From assembly GCA_040218735.1 (NCBI GenBank), contig JAVJQW010000038.1, positions 224,001 to 288,000 of the forward strand: a stretch of 64,000 nt of DNA, in the 5' to 3' direction. Of this stretch, positions 1 through 10,493 are shown piece after piece. The notes beneath the pieces are model-generated. The model saw only the letters and a program-made list of their open reading frames with translations, ran no database searches and was not told the DNA's origin. The translations under genes were made by a program, and so were the position numbers. The DNA comes from Deltaproteobacteria bacterium. Its GTDB lineage: Bacteria > Myxococcota > Kuafuiibacteriia > Kuafuiibacteriales > Kuafuiibacteriaceae. Position 1 is the stretch's first letter. Each line of letters begins with the position of its first letter.

Positions 1-2
1 AT

Positions 3-350
3 CGCCAGCTGTGGCCGGCGATCTTCTCTGGGCTCGCGAACATCCTCTTCCCGGCGGTCCGCGAGAAGGTCGTGGTCGAGACCACGCCGGACCCGCCGCC
101 CGACTCGGGGTTCGGCGCGATCGTCGCGTGGACCGCGGTGGGAGTCGGCGTCGGTCTCGCGGCGGGGGGCACCGCGTTTCGGATCGGCTCGAACAGCACA
201 CGCGACGACGTCGAGGGCCGTCCGCTCGAAGACCCGATGCGCGATGAGCTCATCTCGAGCTCCAACGCGCAGGGGCTGACGTCCAACCTGATGTTCGGCG
301 CCGGGGCCGTCTCGATCGCGTCCGGCCTGGTGTACCTGCTCACGCGATGA
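3..350 (+). CDS. C-terminal part of a membrane protein (5'-truncated by window edge)
   Basis: Frame is open from the window start. Two Gly-rich hydrophobic segments (AWTAVGVGVGLAAGG; LMFGAGAVSIASGLVYLL) resemble the C-termini of myxobacterial PEGA/TPR proteins. Stop overlaps the next ATG (ATGA). Confidence 0.65.
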   Translation, partial: RQLWPAIFSGLANILFPAVREKVVVETTPDPPPDSGFGAIVAWTAVGVGVGLAAGGTAFRIGSNSTRDDVEGRPLEDPMRDELISSSNAQGLTSNLMFGAGAVSIASGLVYLLTR

Positions 351-1876
351 GACGCGCGGTCCTCCTCCTCGCGCTCGCGGGTTGCGACTCCTCGTTCTTC
401 GACCACGCGACGTCGGACGTGCTGCCGCGCGGTACCTGCCCCGACTACGTCGTGGACGTCCGCGAGCTGGACGCCGTGCCGCGGCCGGACTGCGTCCCGG
501 AGGTCGAGATCGAGGCGCGCGCGGACGGCTGCTGGGTCGACGTCCGGCTGGCGTGTGTCGAGGTCGGACCGGCGGTGACGATCCGTGCGCGGGTGACGGA
601 CGGGGTGGTGCACCCGCGTGACGAGGTGTGCAGCGTGCGGGGGGAGTGGCTGAGGTGCAAGGCGTTCGAGGTCCGCATCGTCGAGCCGGAGCCGCTGCCC
701 TACGCGCAGACGGGCGCGTCCGGGTGGGTCGAGCACGACACCTACTTTCAATCCACGACGCAGGAGCTCACCGTGTACGCGGCGATCACGCGGCGCGGCT
801 ACTACCAGGAGCTCCTCGCCCTCGACGACGGGTTGATCACTTTCCGCAACGAGACGCCGAACATCATCCCGGTCTGTCCCGGCGAGGCGCCGACGCAGAT
901 CGAGGATCCCGAAGACCCGTCGCGGTCCTTTTCGTCGGAAGACTGTCTATTCAGTGGATCGGTGCTCGACGGGAGCTCGTTCGTCGCGTCCTACGGCCAG
1001 ATGCAGACCACGTTCGGGATCTTCGAACGCCGCGACGGCGAGTTTGGTTTCGACGTCGTGTCGAGCGTCGAGCTCGATCCCGCGGCGGACTGCGGACGGG
1101 ACGTGCCGACGGCGACGTCCGGCTTCACGCTCGACCGCATCGTACGTTCGGTGCGCGCGTACCCGGAGCTCGGCGAGGTGGTCGCGGTGATGCAGGAGAT
1201 CGGGCGCCCCATCGCCGTGGGCGATAAGGTCGACTGGGGTAGCTACATCGTGCTCCTCGAGCTCGCCGAGGACCCCGACGCGCTGTCGATCGCGGACTGC
1301 CGTTTCTTCCCGCCGCGCGGAGAGAGTGTGCCTCGCTTCGCGGACGCCGCGCTCGACGAGCGATCCGTGTACGTCCTCGACGACGCCACCAACGAGGTCG
1401 CGCGGGGCGTACGCGACCTCGACCAGGCGTTCGAGGGGGTGTCGCTCGACATCAACGGAGGGCTGTACCGCTACCTCCCGGAGATCTCCGTCGAACAGGA
1501 GCGCGCGTTCGTCATCGACATCCGCGGCACCGTCGCGACCGTACTGCTGTCGGACCCGGTCGCCGTGCGCGGCGCGACGCCGTTCGGCGTGGCCCACGGA
1601 TTCCAGCCGTCGACGATGGTCCGCGTCGGCGACCTCTACGCCGTCGCGTTGTACGCGCCCGTCGAAGGCATGGAGACCGGTGCGGTCGGTGAGGCGTGGA
1701 TCGGGTGGTTCGATCCCGAACGCGAGGCCTTCCTCCCCGGCGCGACACCGCTGTCGATCCCGCAGGCGCCGGGTGTGCCCACCGGGTTGATCGGGCGGCT
1801 CGTCGTGAAGGGCGATCGACTCTATGCGTTGCTGTCCTGGACGGGGGCGGTCGTGGAGCTCGCGCCGACGCCCTGA
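347..1876 (+). CDS. hypothetical lipoprotein
   Basis: 509 aa ORF with signal/lipobox MRRAVLLLALAGC and coupled start. Confidence 0.75.
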   Translation: MRRAVLLLALAGCDSSFFDHATSDVLPRGTCPDYVVDVRELDAVPRPDCVPEVEIEARADGCWVDVRLACVEVGPAVTIRARVTDGVVHPRDEVCSVRGEWLRCKAFEVRIVEPEPLPYAQTGASGWVEHDTYFQSTTQELTVYAAITRRGYYQELLALDDGLITFRNETPNIIPVCPGEAPTQIEDPEDPSRSFSSEDCLFSGSVLDGSSFVASYGQMQTTFGIFERRDGEFGFDVVSSVELDPAADCGRDVPTATSGFTLDRIVRSVRAYPELGEVVAVMQEIGRPIAVGDKVDWGSYIVLLELAEDPDALSIADCRFFPPRGESVPRFADAALDERSVYVLDDATNEVARGVRDLDQAFEGVSLDINGGLYRYLPEISVEQERAFVIDIRGTVATVLLSDPVAVRGATPFGVAHGFQPSTMVRVGDLYAVALYAPVEGMETGAVGEAWIGWFDPEREAFLPGATPLSIPQAPGVPTGLIGRLVVKGDRLYALLSWTGAVVELAPTP

Positions 1877-3144
1877 GGTCGGCGTCGCTGCACGTTGAGC
1901 GTTCGCACGGCTTCACACACGGCGTCGGGGGCGCGGGCGAGCGAAGCGGCGTACACGATCGGCGTCGCCGGTACGCTGTAGAGCAGCTGGTACGCGGCCT
2001 CGAGACGCTGCGGGTCGTGCTCGACGAGGGACGCGACGCTGGGACGCTCCGGCTCGTCGTGGTGCTCGAGCGCGACGGCGAGCGCCGCGCCGTGCAAGGG
2101 GCGGGGTGGTTCGGAGAGGATCACGTCGAGCGCGCTCCGGTCGCCGGTCCGTACGGCGGCGCGCAGCGCGTCCATCAGATCGTGATCGAAGAGTAGGTCG
2201 CCTTCGCTGGTCGTCGCGTCCCCGTTGACGACCACGCCGCCGCCGCCGAACGGCAGCGGGCTCGCGTCGGGCGCGAGCTCCGGGATGACGATCTCGTGGG
2301 CGCCGAGCATCTTGAGGAAGAGCTTGATCAGCGCGTGTACGAGGTGGGCGTCGCGCGGCTCGGGGAGCCAGCGATCGACGCGGTGGGTGCGCGTCGCGAG
2401 GACGCCGAGGTTGGCTTCGCGCCCGAGCGTCGCGAAGACGCGACCGAGGACATCGGGATCGCGGAGGTCCCCGCCGGTCCACCACGTCGCGGGGTCCGAG
2501 CCGAAGTCGACGCCGACCGCGATCCGGAGCCCGAGCCGCTGCGCGCGCGCCATGAACCGTTCGAGGCGCGCGGTCCCCCCGGCGGCGAGGTCGGCGCCGA
2601 CGTTCACCAGCAGCCCGACGTTTTCGAAGCCGAGCGCCTTGGCTTCGTCGAGCGCGGCCTCGAAGCCTTCGCGCGGATCGACGTAGTACCAAGGCGCGCG
2701 CCACCAACCCTCCGGGAGCCGTTGGTCGCGGGCGCGCCACCTCGCCTGGCGATCGAACCGGGCGCGGAGGAGTGCGTCGCTGAAGATCGCGAGGAGGCGG
2801 CGCCAGTCGTTCGGGACGAGCTGACGGCAGAGGCGACGCGCGTAGTCGAGATCGTCGGCGCCCAGCCAGGCCGCCAACATCGCCCACTTCCGTTCGAGGC
2901 GCGCGGGGCGTGCGCGGAGGCATTCGGCGATGCTCGCGAGCGCGGGGTGCTCGGGGCGGTGGGTCGCGGCCGCGAACGGGGAGGGCAGGTACATCGCCGC
3001 GGGGTCGGGGCGGTGCGGCAGGACCGTCGGCGTGACCGTGGGCCGTTGGGCTCGGGGAGCACCAGCGTCCGCACCGCGTCGCCCGGGGCGCAGCTCGATC
3101 TGCTGGCGCCCCTCGCGCAGCGTGAAGTTTCGAACGAGTCCCAT
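1822..3144 (-). CDS. degenerate GH13 (alpha-amylase/TreS-like) domain protein
   Basis: GH13-like remnants (YYVDPR, GFENVGLL, RAQRLGLRIAV, DLRDPDV, LEHHDE). Start chosen at ATG 3144 (MGLVRNF). Confidence 0.5.
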   Translation of the reverse strand: MGLVRNFTLREGRQQIELRPGRRGADAGAPRAQRPTVTPTVLPHRPDPAAMYLPSPFAAATHRPEHPALASIAECLRARPARLERKWAMLAAWLGADDLDYARRLCRQLVPNDWRRLLAIFSDALLRARFDRQARWRARDQRLPEGWWRAPWYYVDPREGFEAALDEAKALGFENVGLLVNVGADLAAGGTARLERFMARAQRLGLRIAVGVDFGSDPATWWTGGDLRDPDVLGRVFATLGREANLGVLATRTHRVDRWLPEPRDAHLVHALIKLFLKMLGAHEIVIPELAPDASPLPFGGGGVVVNGDATTSEGDLLFDHDLMDALRAAVRTGDRSALDVILSEPPRPLHGAALAVALEHHDEPERPSVASLVEHDPQRLEAAYQLLYSVPATPIVYAASLARAPDAVCEAVRTLNVQRRRPQGVGASSTTAPVQDSNA

Positions 3145-3488
3145 ACCCGATCCCCTACACAGCAAACCGCCGGCCAACGCGGGACCCCTGCGACGGGCTC
3201 CGGGGACGTTACGGGTGGGTAAACGTACGTTCGAAATGCGTTGAGGAACCGAAACGGTTCGCGACCGCACGGAGACGGCGCCTGCTTACCGTTCCCGGCC
3301 CTCGCTCACTTCTTCTGAAATTCACTCGGGACGGTCCGTGGTCGCGATGGTCACGAAACCCCGGTTTCGAGCCCGAATTCGCGGTCGAACGCTCGCGGAA
3401 CCGTCGCGCACGCCAAGCAACACCGTGGCCACCGCGCCGATACCGGTACGCAGCTGTACTACATCAGCCGACACGGCCAGGAGACGCC

Positions 3489-3935
3489 ATGCACACCGCT
3501 TACGGACAGACCTTCATCCCCGGCCAGACCCCGCTCCCGCCCGTCGATCCCACGCCGATTCAGCCGCCGACCACCCAGCCGGACGACTGCCGGGCGATTC
3601 CGCTCGACGTTCGCGGTTGGAGCACCTCCGCGAACCTCACCATCCACGAAGCGACGACCTGTCGCTATCGCGCGACCTGGAACGTCCGCGCCTCCAACCG
3701 CTACGGCACCTGGCCGCGCGACTACGACTTCAAGGCCGACGCGAAGGGCTGGATCTCGGACGTCTTCATCCGCGGCAACGATCGCGTCCGTGTCCGCTGG
3801 AACCTCCGCACCGACGCCGTCGAGGTCGCGAGCAACGACGGTCGCGCGATGAACGCCGACCGCGCCCTTCGGATGGCGCGCTTCGCGAAGGCGACCGTCT
3901 TCCCCGGGATCGATCTCGGACAGCTGGCGTACTGA
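3489..3935 (+). CDS. hypothetical protein
   Basis: 148 aa, AGGAGA RBS before ATG, GC3-rich codons, Pro-rich N-terminus. Confidence 0.7.
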   Translation: MHTAYGQTFIPGQTPLPPVDPTPIQPPTTQPDDCRAIPLDVRGWSTSANLTIHEATTCRYRATWNVRASNRYGTWPRDYDFKADAKGWISDVFIRGNDRVRVRWNLRTDAVEVASNDGRAMNADRALRMARFAKATVFPGIDLGQLAY

Positions 3936-3944
3936 CGTCGGTGT

Positions 3945-4352
3945 TCAGGGTGTCGTCGTGAACCGGCGCTCGACGGGCGCCGCCAGGCGCGCGCGTGACG
4001 TGGCGACCACCGTGGCGTCGTCGACCGTGAGGAGGAACGTCGCGTCGGCTGGGAACGCTTCGACCGTGTACGTCGCCGTGAAGCGGTCGCGGTCGTAGTC
4101 GTCGAGGGCGATGTCGAGCTGGCGCATCACCGCGCCGGTCCGGGACGTGACGGCGACGGTGACGCCGTCTTCGAGGGAGCCCGGATCGACGGCCTCCGAG
4201 AATGCGACGACGATCGGCACTTCACCGGGATCGACGACCGCGCCCTGGCCAGGGAACGTGTCCACCACGACGAGCGCGCCGGGCGCGACGATCTCCGCGC
4301 TGCCGCAGCTCGCGAGGAGCACACCGAGGATCAACCACCAGCGACGTATCAT
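3945..4352 (-). CDS. Ig-like (Big_5/SbsA-type) domain lipoprotein
   Basis: Lipobox LLASC; VVDTFP...IVVAFSEAVDP...FTT pattern; GGAGG RBS. Confidence 0.7.
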   Translation of the reverse strand: MIRRWWLILGVLLASCGSAEIVAPGALVVVDTFPGQGAVVDPGEVPIVVAFSEAVDPGSLEDGVTVAVTSRTGAVMRQLDIALDDYDRDRFTATYTVEAFPADATFLLTVDDATVVATSRARLAAPVERRFTTTP

Positions 4353-5302
4353 TCGACCTCCACCGCCGCGAGCGCGTGTACCCCCGCGCGTCCGCCGGCC
4401 GTGATGCGATGGGCCACGATGTACGTGCCCGCGGCCATCGGTATCAAGCGTCGGCACTGTTCGGGCGGGCACCCCGTCGCAAACGAATCGAGCGCGCTCG
4501 GCTCGGCGGGGCCGCCCACCAGTGACCACGTGCGCTGCACGCTGGTCGAAGTGCCGACGGTGCTCGCGCGTCCGTCGAACAACACGAAGTTGCCGCGCTG
4601 CGCACGACGCGGCGCCTCGAGTCGAGCGAGGGGGCGGTCGTGGGCGTCACCGTCGAAGACACCGACCGACGCGACCGCGATGGACGCCCCCGTCGCCGAG
4701 GTCGCGCGGGCCACGACCCAGTAGTCGCCGGGGCGCGGCGGGACGAACGACAACGCGCCGTCCTGCGAAGACACGTCCAGGTCGTCGTCCGAGAGCCCCG
4801 CCGGGAGGCGCAGGAAGCGCCAGGTGATCGACTCGGCGCCGATGCTCGTCGCGGTGAACGTCACGCGGCCGGGCACGCCGCCGCAGTCACCGAGGTCTGT
4901 GAGATCGGTCTGGCACACCGCCGGCTCGACGCCGACGGACACGGAGCTCGTCGAGACCTCCGTCGCGGTGATGCTCACGAGGTCCTGCGCGACGAAGTCC
5001 TCGTCCGCCGCGGAAAGGTGCGCGACGTAGACCCCCGGCACGTCCGCGACGAAGCGCGCCAAGGTGGTCGCGCCGGTGTCGAGGCGCGCCTCGCTGGCGC
5101 CGGGCAGGGACACGAGCGCCCAGTCGAACCCGAGGGGGTCGCCGTCAGGATCGGAGGAGAGGCTCGCGTCGAGGACGACCTCGTCGCCAACCTGCACGAC
5201 GCGGTCGAACCCGGCGAAGGCCGTGGGCGGGCGGGCGATTCGAACTTCGTCGCCGCACCCCGCGAGCGCGAGCGCGACGTACAACGCCAGGCCCCACCTC
5301 AT
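4349..5302 (-). CDS. PKD-domain lipoprotein
   Basis: Lipobox ALAGC; PKD-like motif VVLDASLSSDPDGDPLGFDW. Confidence 0.75.
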   Translation of the reverse strand: MRWGLALYVALALAGCGDEVRIARPPTAFAGFDRVVQVGDEVVLDASLSSDPDGDPLGFDWALVSLPGASEARLDTGATTLARFVADVPGVYVAHLSAADEDFVAQDLVSITATEVSTSSVSVGVEPAVCQTDLTDLGDCGGVPGRVTFTATSIGAESITWRFLRLPAGLSDDDLDVSSQDGALSFVPPRPGDYWVVARATSATGASIAVASVGVFDGDAHDRPLARLEAPRRAQRGNFVLFDGRASTVGTSTSVQRTWSLVGGPAEPSALDSFATGCPPEQCRRLIPMAAGTYIVAHRITAGGRAGVHALAAVEVE

Positions 5303-5333
5303 CGGCGGGGAGCCTAGCTCCATCGCCGTGCCG

Positions 5334-6770
5334 ATGCCATCATGCGCGTCCGTGTCGCCGTACGCCCCGCTCGCGTTGATGCTGCTGTCGCTGGGCGCCG
5401 GCGAGCCCGAAGACCTCACCAACCTGGAGGTCGCCCTCACGCGGCACACGCGCGACATCTACGCGGTCGACCTCGACGAGATCAAGAAACGCGGGGTGCT
5501 CCGCGTCCTCACGCGGAACAACTCGGCGCACTACTACATCGCACGCGGTGAGCAGCGCGGGTTCGAATACGAGCTGGCGAAGGCCTTCGCGAAGGAGCTC
5601 GGCGTTCGGCTCGCGGTCGTCGTGCCGCCGAGCCGCAACGCGCTGATCAAGGGGCTCCTCGACGGGCACGGCGACATGATCGCGGCCGGCACGACGATCA
5701 CCAACGTGCGCGGCGAGAAGGTGCTGTTCACGCCGCCCGTGACCTCCGCGCCGCGCGTGGTCACCACGCACGAGAACATCGTGAAGCCGCTCGAGACCCT
5801 CGAGGACCTCTCGGCGTTCGAGATCCACCTCAGCTTCCGCTCCACCACCCTCCGCGACATGCGCGCGGTGGAGACCAAGCTCGGCCGCGCGCTCCGGCTC
5901 GTGGACGTCACCGACGGCGTCGAGATGGAGGCGATGGTGCACCGAGTCGGCGAGGGCGAGTACGAAGCCACCGTCATCGACGAGGACCTCCTGCACCTCG
6001 CCCAGGCGGCGGGTGAGCCGGTTCAGACGGGTGTCATCATCTCCGAGGCGCGCCACAAGGGCTGGGCCGTGCACCCCGGCGCGCCCGCGCTCCACGAGGC
6101 GGCGTCGCAGTTCATCGAGAAACACTCGAAGAGCGGGCTGATCCGGATCCTGTACGGCAAGTACTACCGCGCCAACTCGCGCTTCGCGAAGAAGGCGCAA
6201 GAGCTCGAGTACCGCGCCGACGCGTCCGGGACGATCTCCCCGTACGACGACCTCTTCAAGGAGGCCGAGGCCGAGACGGGGCTCGACTGGCGGCTCCTCG
6301 CGGCGGTTGCCTACACCGAGTCGCGGTTCGACCCGAAGGCGGAGAGCCGCTGGGGTGCGAAGGGCCTGATGCAGGTGCTCCCGTCCACCGCGAAGAGCAT
6401 CGGCTTCCGCAGCCTCGACTCGCCCCGGGCGCAGGTCATGGCGGGGGCGAAGTACCTCGCGCGGCTGGTGTCGCGGTTCGACGAGTCCATCGCCGAGCGC
6501 CAGCGCATTCGTTTCGCGTTGGCGGCCTACAACGCGGGCCTCGGCCACGTGTACGACGCGCGCCGCCTCGCCGAGCAGACGAAGAAGAACCCAGACCGTT
6601 GGTTCAAGAACGTGGAGGAGGCCCTGAAGCTGAAGATGGACAAGAAGTGGCACGAGAAGACGCGCCACGGGTACTGCCGCGCCGTGGAGACGGTGCAGTA
6701 CGTCTCGTCCATTCAGACCCGCTACGACGTCTACGTCCGCCATGTGAAACACGCGACCCGCGACAAGTGA
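5334..6770 (+). CDS. mltF: MltF-like lytic transglycosylase (SBP_bac_3 + SLT domains)
   Basis: LDEIKKRGVLRVLTRN and GFEYELAKAFA in the SBP domain; AVAYTESRF, GLMQV and AAYNAGLGHV SLT motifs. Start uncertain (5334 or 5352). Confidence 0.85.
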   Translation: MPSCASVSPYAPLALMLLSLGAGEPEDLTNLEVALTRHTRDIYAVDLDEIKKRGVLRVLTRNNSAHYYIARGEQRGFEYELAKAFAKELGVRLAVVVPPSRNALIKGLLDGHGDMIAAGTTITNVRGEKVLFTPPVTSAPRVVTTHENIVKPLETLEDLSAFEIHLSFRSTTLRDMRAVETKLGRALRLVDVTDGVEMEAMVHRVGEGEYEATVIDEDLLHLAQAAGEPVQTGVIISEARHKGWAVHPGAPALHEAASQFIEKHSKSGLIRILYGKYYRANSRFAKKAQELEYRADASGTISPYDDLFKEAEAETGLDWRLLAAVAYTESRFDPKAESRWGAKGLMQVLPSTAKSIGFRSLDSPRAQVMAGAKYLARLVSRFDESIAERQRIRFALAAYNAGLGHVYDARRLAEQTKKNPDRWFKNVEEALKLKMDKKWHEKTRHGYCRAVETVQYVSSIQTRYDVYVRHVKHATRDK

Positions 6771-6827
6771 CGACGGCCCGCCCGTTTGCCGCTTGACGTG
6801 GTCTTCGGGACACAAAATGGTGCGGCC

Positions 6828-8594
6828 GTGGACCCGCTGAGCGCGATCCCTCCCCCCGAGCCGCTGCCGAATCTCTTCTTCGCGCGGTGTGAAAAGGACG
6901 CGGAGCAGATCGCGTCGTACACGAAGGTCGACGGCCGTTGGGTCGGCACGACCTGGCGGCAGTCACGCCTCGCTGTGGAGGAGACCGCGCTCGGGCTCGT
7001 CGAGCTCGGAGCGAACAAGGGGACGCCGATCGGCATCCTCTCCAACACCCGCCGCGAGTGGGGTCAGGCCGACCTCGCGATCATCGCGATCGGCGGCATC
7101 ACGATCGGCATCTACCCGACGCTCACCGGGCCGCAGACTCGGCAGCTCCTCGAGTTGTCGAACGCGCGCATCGTCTTCGTCGAGGATCGCGCGCAGCGCG
7201 TGAAGGTCGAGGAGGCGTGTGAAGGGCTCGAGCCGCCGGTGCAGTTCGTGACGATGGCGCCGCACGCCGACGGGCGCCGCACGATCACACTCGACGAGCT
7301 GAGGCGCCGCGGCGCGAAGCGACGCCAGCAGAACCCCGAGGAGCTCGCACGCCGCGTGGAGGAGCTTCGGAGCGAGGACCCGGTCAGCTACATCTACACG
7401 TCGGGCACGACCGGCGACCCGAAGGGCGCGATGCTCAGCCATCGCAACTTCCACTACACGGCGCACGCGACGAACGCGCTGATCGACTACGGCGGCGAGC
7501 GCGCCTTGGCCTTCCTCCCGTACGCCCACTCGTTGCAGCGCTACGCGAGTTACCTGCCGCTCATCACTTCGATGGAGGCGTACTTCGCGGAGTCGTTCGA
7601 CACGGTGCGCGAGAACCTGCGCGAGGTGCGGCCGACCGTGTTTGCGCTGGTGCCGCGGGTGCTCGAGAAGATCCACGCGAAGGCGATGGCCGTCGGCGCC
7701 GGGCGCATCGAGCTGCAGCGTAGGATCTTCGACGGGTCGCTCGGCGTGATGCGCGCGGTGGGGCGCGTGCGGCGCGACGGCGGCGTGCCGGGGCTCCGCG
7801 AACGCCTGCTCGCGCGCGCCGCGGATCGGGTGGTGGGCTCGCGCATCCGCGAGCGCATGGGCGGCCGCGTGAAGTTCATCGGGTCGGGCGGCGCGCCGCT
7901 CGCGCGTGAGACACACGAGTTCTTCGAGGACATCGGCATTCCGATCCTGGAGGGCTACGGGCTGACGGAGACCTGCGCGCCCGCGACGGTGAACACGTTG
8001 GAGATGCGGCGCATCGGCACGGTCGGGCGGCCGCTCCCCGGCACCGAGGTGAAGATCGCCAAGGACGGCGAGATCCTCATCCGCGGGCCCGGAGTGTTCT
8101 CGGGCTACTTCGAGAACGAAGAGGCCACGAAGGCGGCGTTCGACGACCAGGGCTGGTTCAAGTCCGGCGACATCGGCCACATGAGCCGCGACGGGTTCCT
8201 GACGATCACCGATCGCAAGAAGGACCTCATCGTCACCGCGGGCGGGAAGAACATCGCGCCGCAGCCGATCGAAAACGAGCTCAAGCGGCACGGGTTGGTC
8301 GGGCAGGTCGTGGTGATCGGTGACCGGCGGCCGTACCTCACCGCGTTGATCGGCATCGACCCGGAGCAGAAGGACGACCTCCCGAAGGACGCGCGCGAGC
8401 AGATCGAGCGCCACGTCGCCGAGGTGAACGCGCGCCACCCGAGCTTCGAGCAGGTGAAGCGCTTCGAGATACTCGACGACGAGATGACGATCGAGTCGGG
8501 GCTCCTCACGCCGACGCTGAAGGTGAAGCGGCGCGTGGTGGACGAGCGCTACGCGGACGCGATCGAGCACCTCTACTCGGACAAGACCCGGTAG
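6828..8594 (+). CDS. long-chain fatty acid-CoA ligase (AMP-binding)
   Basis: YTSGTTGDPKG, EGYGLTET, GWFKSGDIG, DRKKDLIVTAGGKNIAP, LTPTLKVKR. Start 6786 is also possible. Confidence 0.92.
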   Translation: MDPLSAIPPPEPLPNLFFARCEKDAEQIASYTKVDGRWVGTTWRQSRLAVEETALGLVELGANKGTPIGILSNTRREWGQADLAIIAIGGITIGIYPTLTGPQTRQLLELSNARIVFVEDRAQRVKVEEACEGLEPPVQFVTMAPHADGRRTITLDELRRRGAKRRQQNPEELARRVEELRSEDPVSYIYTSGTTGDPKGAMLSHRNFHYTAHATNALIDYGGERALAFLPYAHSLQRYASYLPLITSMEAYFAESFDTVRENLREVRPTVFALVPRVLEKIHAKAMAVGAGRIELQRRIFDGSLGVMRAVGRVRRDGGVPGLRERLLARAADRVVGSRIRERMGGRVKFIGSGGAPLARETHEFFEDIGIPILEGYGLTETCAPATVNTLEMRRIGTVGRPLPGTEVKIAKDGEILIRGPGVFSGYFENEEATKAAFDDQGWFKSGDIGHMSRDGFLTITDRKKDLIVTAGGKNIAPQPIENELKRHGLVGQVVVIGDRRPYLTALIGIDPEQKDDLPKDAREQIERHVAEVNARHPSFEQVKRFEILDDEMTIESGLLTPTLKVKRRVVDERYADAIEHLYSDKTR

Positions 8595-10420
8595 ACGTGC
8601 CGCACCTGGCCGGCGTGTCGGGCGTCGAAGAGGTGCGCGAAGCGCTTCGGATCCTCGAGCGACGCGCGCGCCGCCGGGGTGAGGCGGCGTAGATCCGACG
8701 GGGCGAGCACGACGAACTTCGCCGACAGCGCCGCGAGGTCCTCCGCGGCGAGGGTGCGCTTCGCGCGTTCGTGGTGCTGGTGCAGTCGGTCCGCGACTTC
8801 GCGGTCGAGCATGTAGCCGATGCCGTCGCGTCGCCAGTCGAAGCCGGGCGTGCGCATGCCGCCGGAGAGGCCGAGGTCGGTGTGCGGCGTGAACACGAAG
8901 TCCTCGTTGCTCGCGTAGGGCTCGAGCTGCTCCGCGGTGATCTCGCCGATCGCGCTCGGCGCGGGGAAGTTCATCTTCGGGATGCCGAGCTGCCCGTCGA
9001 GGATCCCCATCCGCACGATCCACAGGTAGCCGGTGAACACCGTGACGAAGACGAGCCCGACCGCGAAGGCGCGCTGGCGGTGCCGCCACAGGTCCGCGAC
9101 GAAGCCGACCACCAAGAGGTTCGCGAAGAACGCGCCGATTCCGTAGAACTTCACGATGTCCCAGCTGCGTTCGTAGGTGACGAAGTTCGGGATGGCGAAG
9201 CCGAGCACGGCCGCCGTCACGAGCGCGACGCGTAAAGGCGTGGGCCGCCGCGCCACCACGACGAGCCCCACGAACGCCGCGATCATCGGCGCGCCGAAGT
9301 GCACGACGTGGAGCATGAGGATCTGAAGCGGCGGGCCGCTGAAGAACGAACGCCCGAAGCGAAGCACGTTCCCGACGGAGGGACCGCGCTCCAGCATCCC
9401 GCCGAGGAGGTAGGCGACACCGAGCGCGCCGAGGAGCGCCGCGACGGTGACACCCGCTCGCTTCAGGTCGCGCTGACGGACGAAGCGGTAGACGACCAGC
9501 ACCCCGAGCACGAGCCCGAGCACGCCGAAGAACACGATGTGCGCGAGCCCGAGCGCGCCGAGGAGCAGGCCGCCGGTGACGAGGCGGAGCGGGTGGTCGT
9601 CGTCGTCGACGAAGATCCGCAGGACGGCGAGCGACAGCGGCATCCCCAACCCCTGCGGGTGTTGGAAGAAGTTCGAGATCACCGGCGGGGGGATCTCGAG
9701 GTGGAGCCACGCCTGGGGGATCGCGGACCACCGAAACTCGAGCGGTCCCGACTGCCCCCAGAAGAACAGCGACAACATCCCGCCGCCGAACGGGACGACG
9801 CACATCGCGAGCGCGGAGCCGAGGCGCCCGCCGACGGTCGCGCCGAGCTCGCGCGCCATGCCCATCAGCAGGACGAAGCAGACGATCGTGGCGCCGTCGA
9901 TCACGTCGTCGGCGCTCGCGCCGGTGAACGCGCGGAGCTGCGCGGCGAGGACGTCGAAGCCGTAGTGGTAGCGGAAGGGCTCGGTCGGGAAGAGCGGGTG
10001 CACCGGCGGGACGATGCCGCGCGCGAGGACGGTGACGACGCCGTCGTGGCAGTTGTGCTCGTCCCACCAGTGCCCGCCGAGCGCCGCCCAGGTCACGAGG
10101 AACAGGCCCAGCGCGACGACGCCCCACACCCACCGCGGCGTTCGTGGCGCGGAGGGCACGACGTGGTCCGAGGGCGGTCGCTTCCAGAGCGCGACGGTGC
10201 CGGCGAGCGCGAGGCCGCCGAAGATCAGCGTCGCCACCACGAGGTCGCCGGTGAGGCGGGCGAGGGCGGTGGGGATGGTCGACATCATCGCCGCAGCGAC
10301 GGTCGCGGCCATCGCCCAGCTTCGGTCCCCGATCTGATGCAGCCACGCGCGCGCGAACACCACCGCGAGCGCGGCGACCAGGAACAGCGGGACGAGACCG
10401 AGCATCGGGCCGGGGCGCAT
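8573..10420 (-). CDS. polytopic membrane protein, possibly a GT-C type glycosyltransferase
   Basis: Many TM segments; WDEHNCH and YHYGFD loop motifs early in the protein; soluble C-terminal domain. Confidence 0.65.
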   Translation of the reverse strand: MRPGPMLGLVPLFLVAALAVVFARAWLHQIGDRSWAMAATVAAAMMSTIPTALARLTGDLVVATLIFGGLALAGTVALWKRPPSDHVVPSAPRTPRWVWGVVALGLFLVTWAALGGHWWDEHNCHDGVVTVLARGIVPPVHPLFPTEPFRYHYGFDVLAAQLRAFTGASADDVIDGATIVCFVLLMGMARELGATVGGRLGSALAMCVVPFGGGMLSLFFWGQSGPLEFRWSAIPQAWLHLEIPPPVISNFFQHPQGLGMPLSLAVLRIFVDDDDHPLRLVTGGLLLGALGLAHIVFFGVLGLVLGVLVVYRFVRQRDLKRAGVTVAALLGALGVAYLLGGMLERGPSVGNVLRFGRSFFSGPPLQILMLHVVHFGAPMIAAFVGLVVVARRPTPLRVALVTAAVLGFAIPNFVTYERSWDIVKFYGIGAFFANLLVVGFVADLWRHRQRAFAVGLVFVTVFTGYLWIVRMGILDGQLGIPKMNFPAPSAIGEITAEQLEPYASNEDFVFTPHTDLGLSGGMRTPGFDWRRDGIGYMLDREVADRLHQHHERAKRTLAAEDLAALSAKFVVLAPSDLRRLTPAARASLEDPKRFAHLFDARHAGQVRHVYRVLSE

Positions 10421-10493
10421 GAGATCCCCGCTTGCACGCCGGGGCAAGACTCGACGTGACCCGGGCCGTCAGGCGCGCTAACGGTGACCCGCC

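Noticed and set aside
3145-3488. ncRNA or tRNA in the 340-bp intergenic gap
   Set aside because: Only short palindromes (e.g. CGAAACCCCGGTTTCG) and no cloverleaf or recognisable family; probably divergent promoter DNA.
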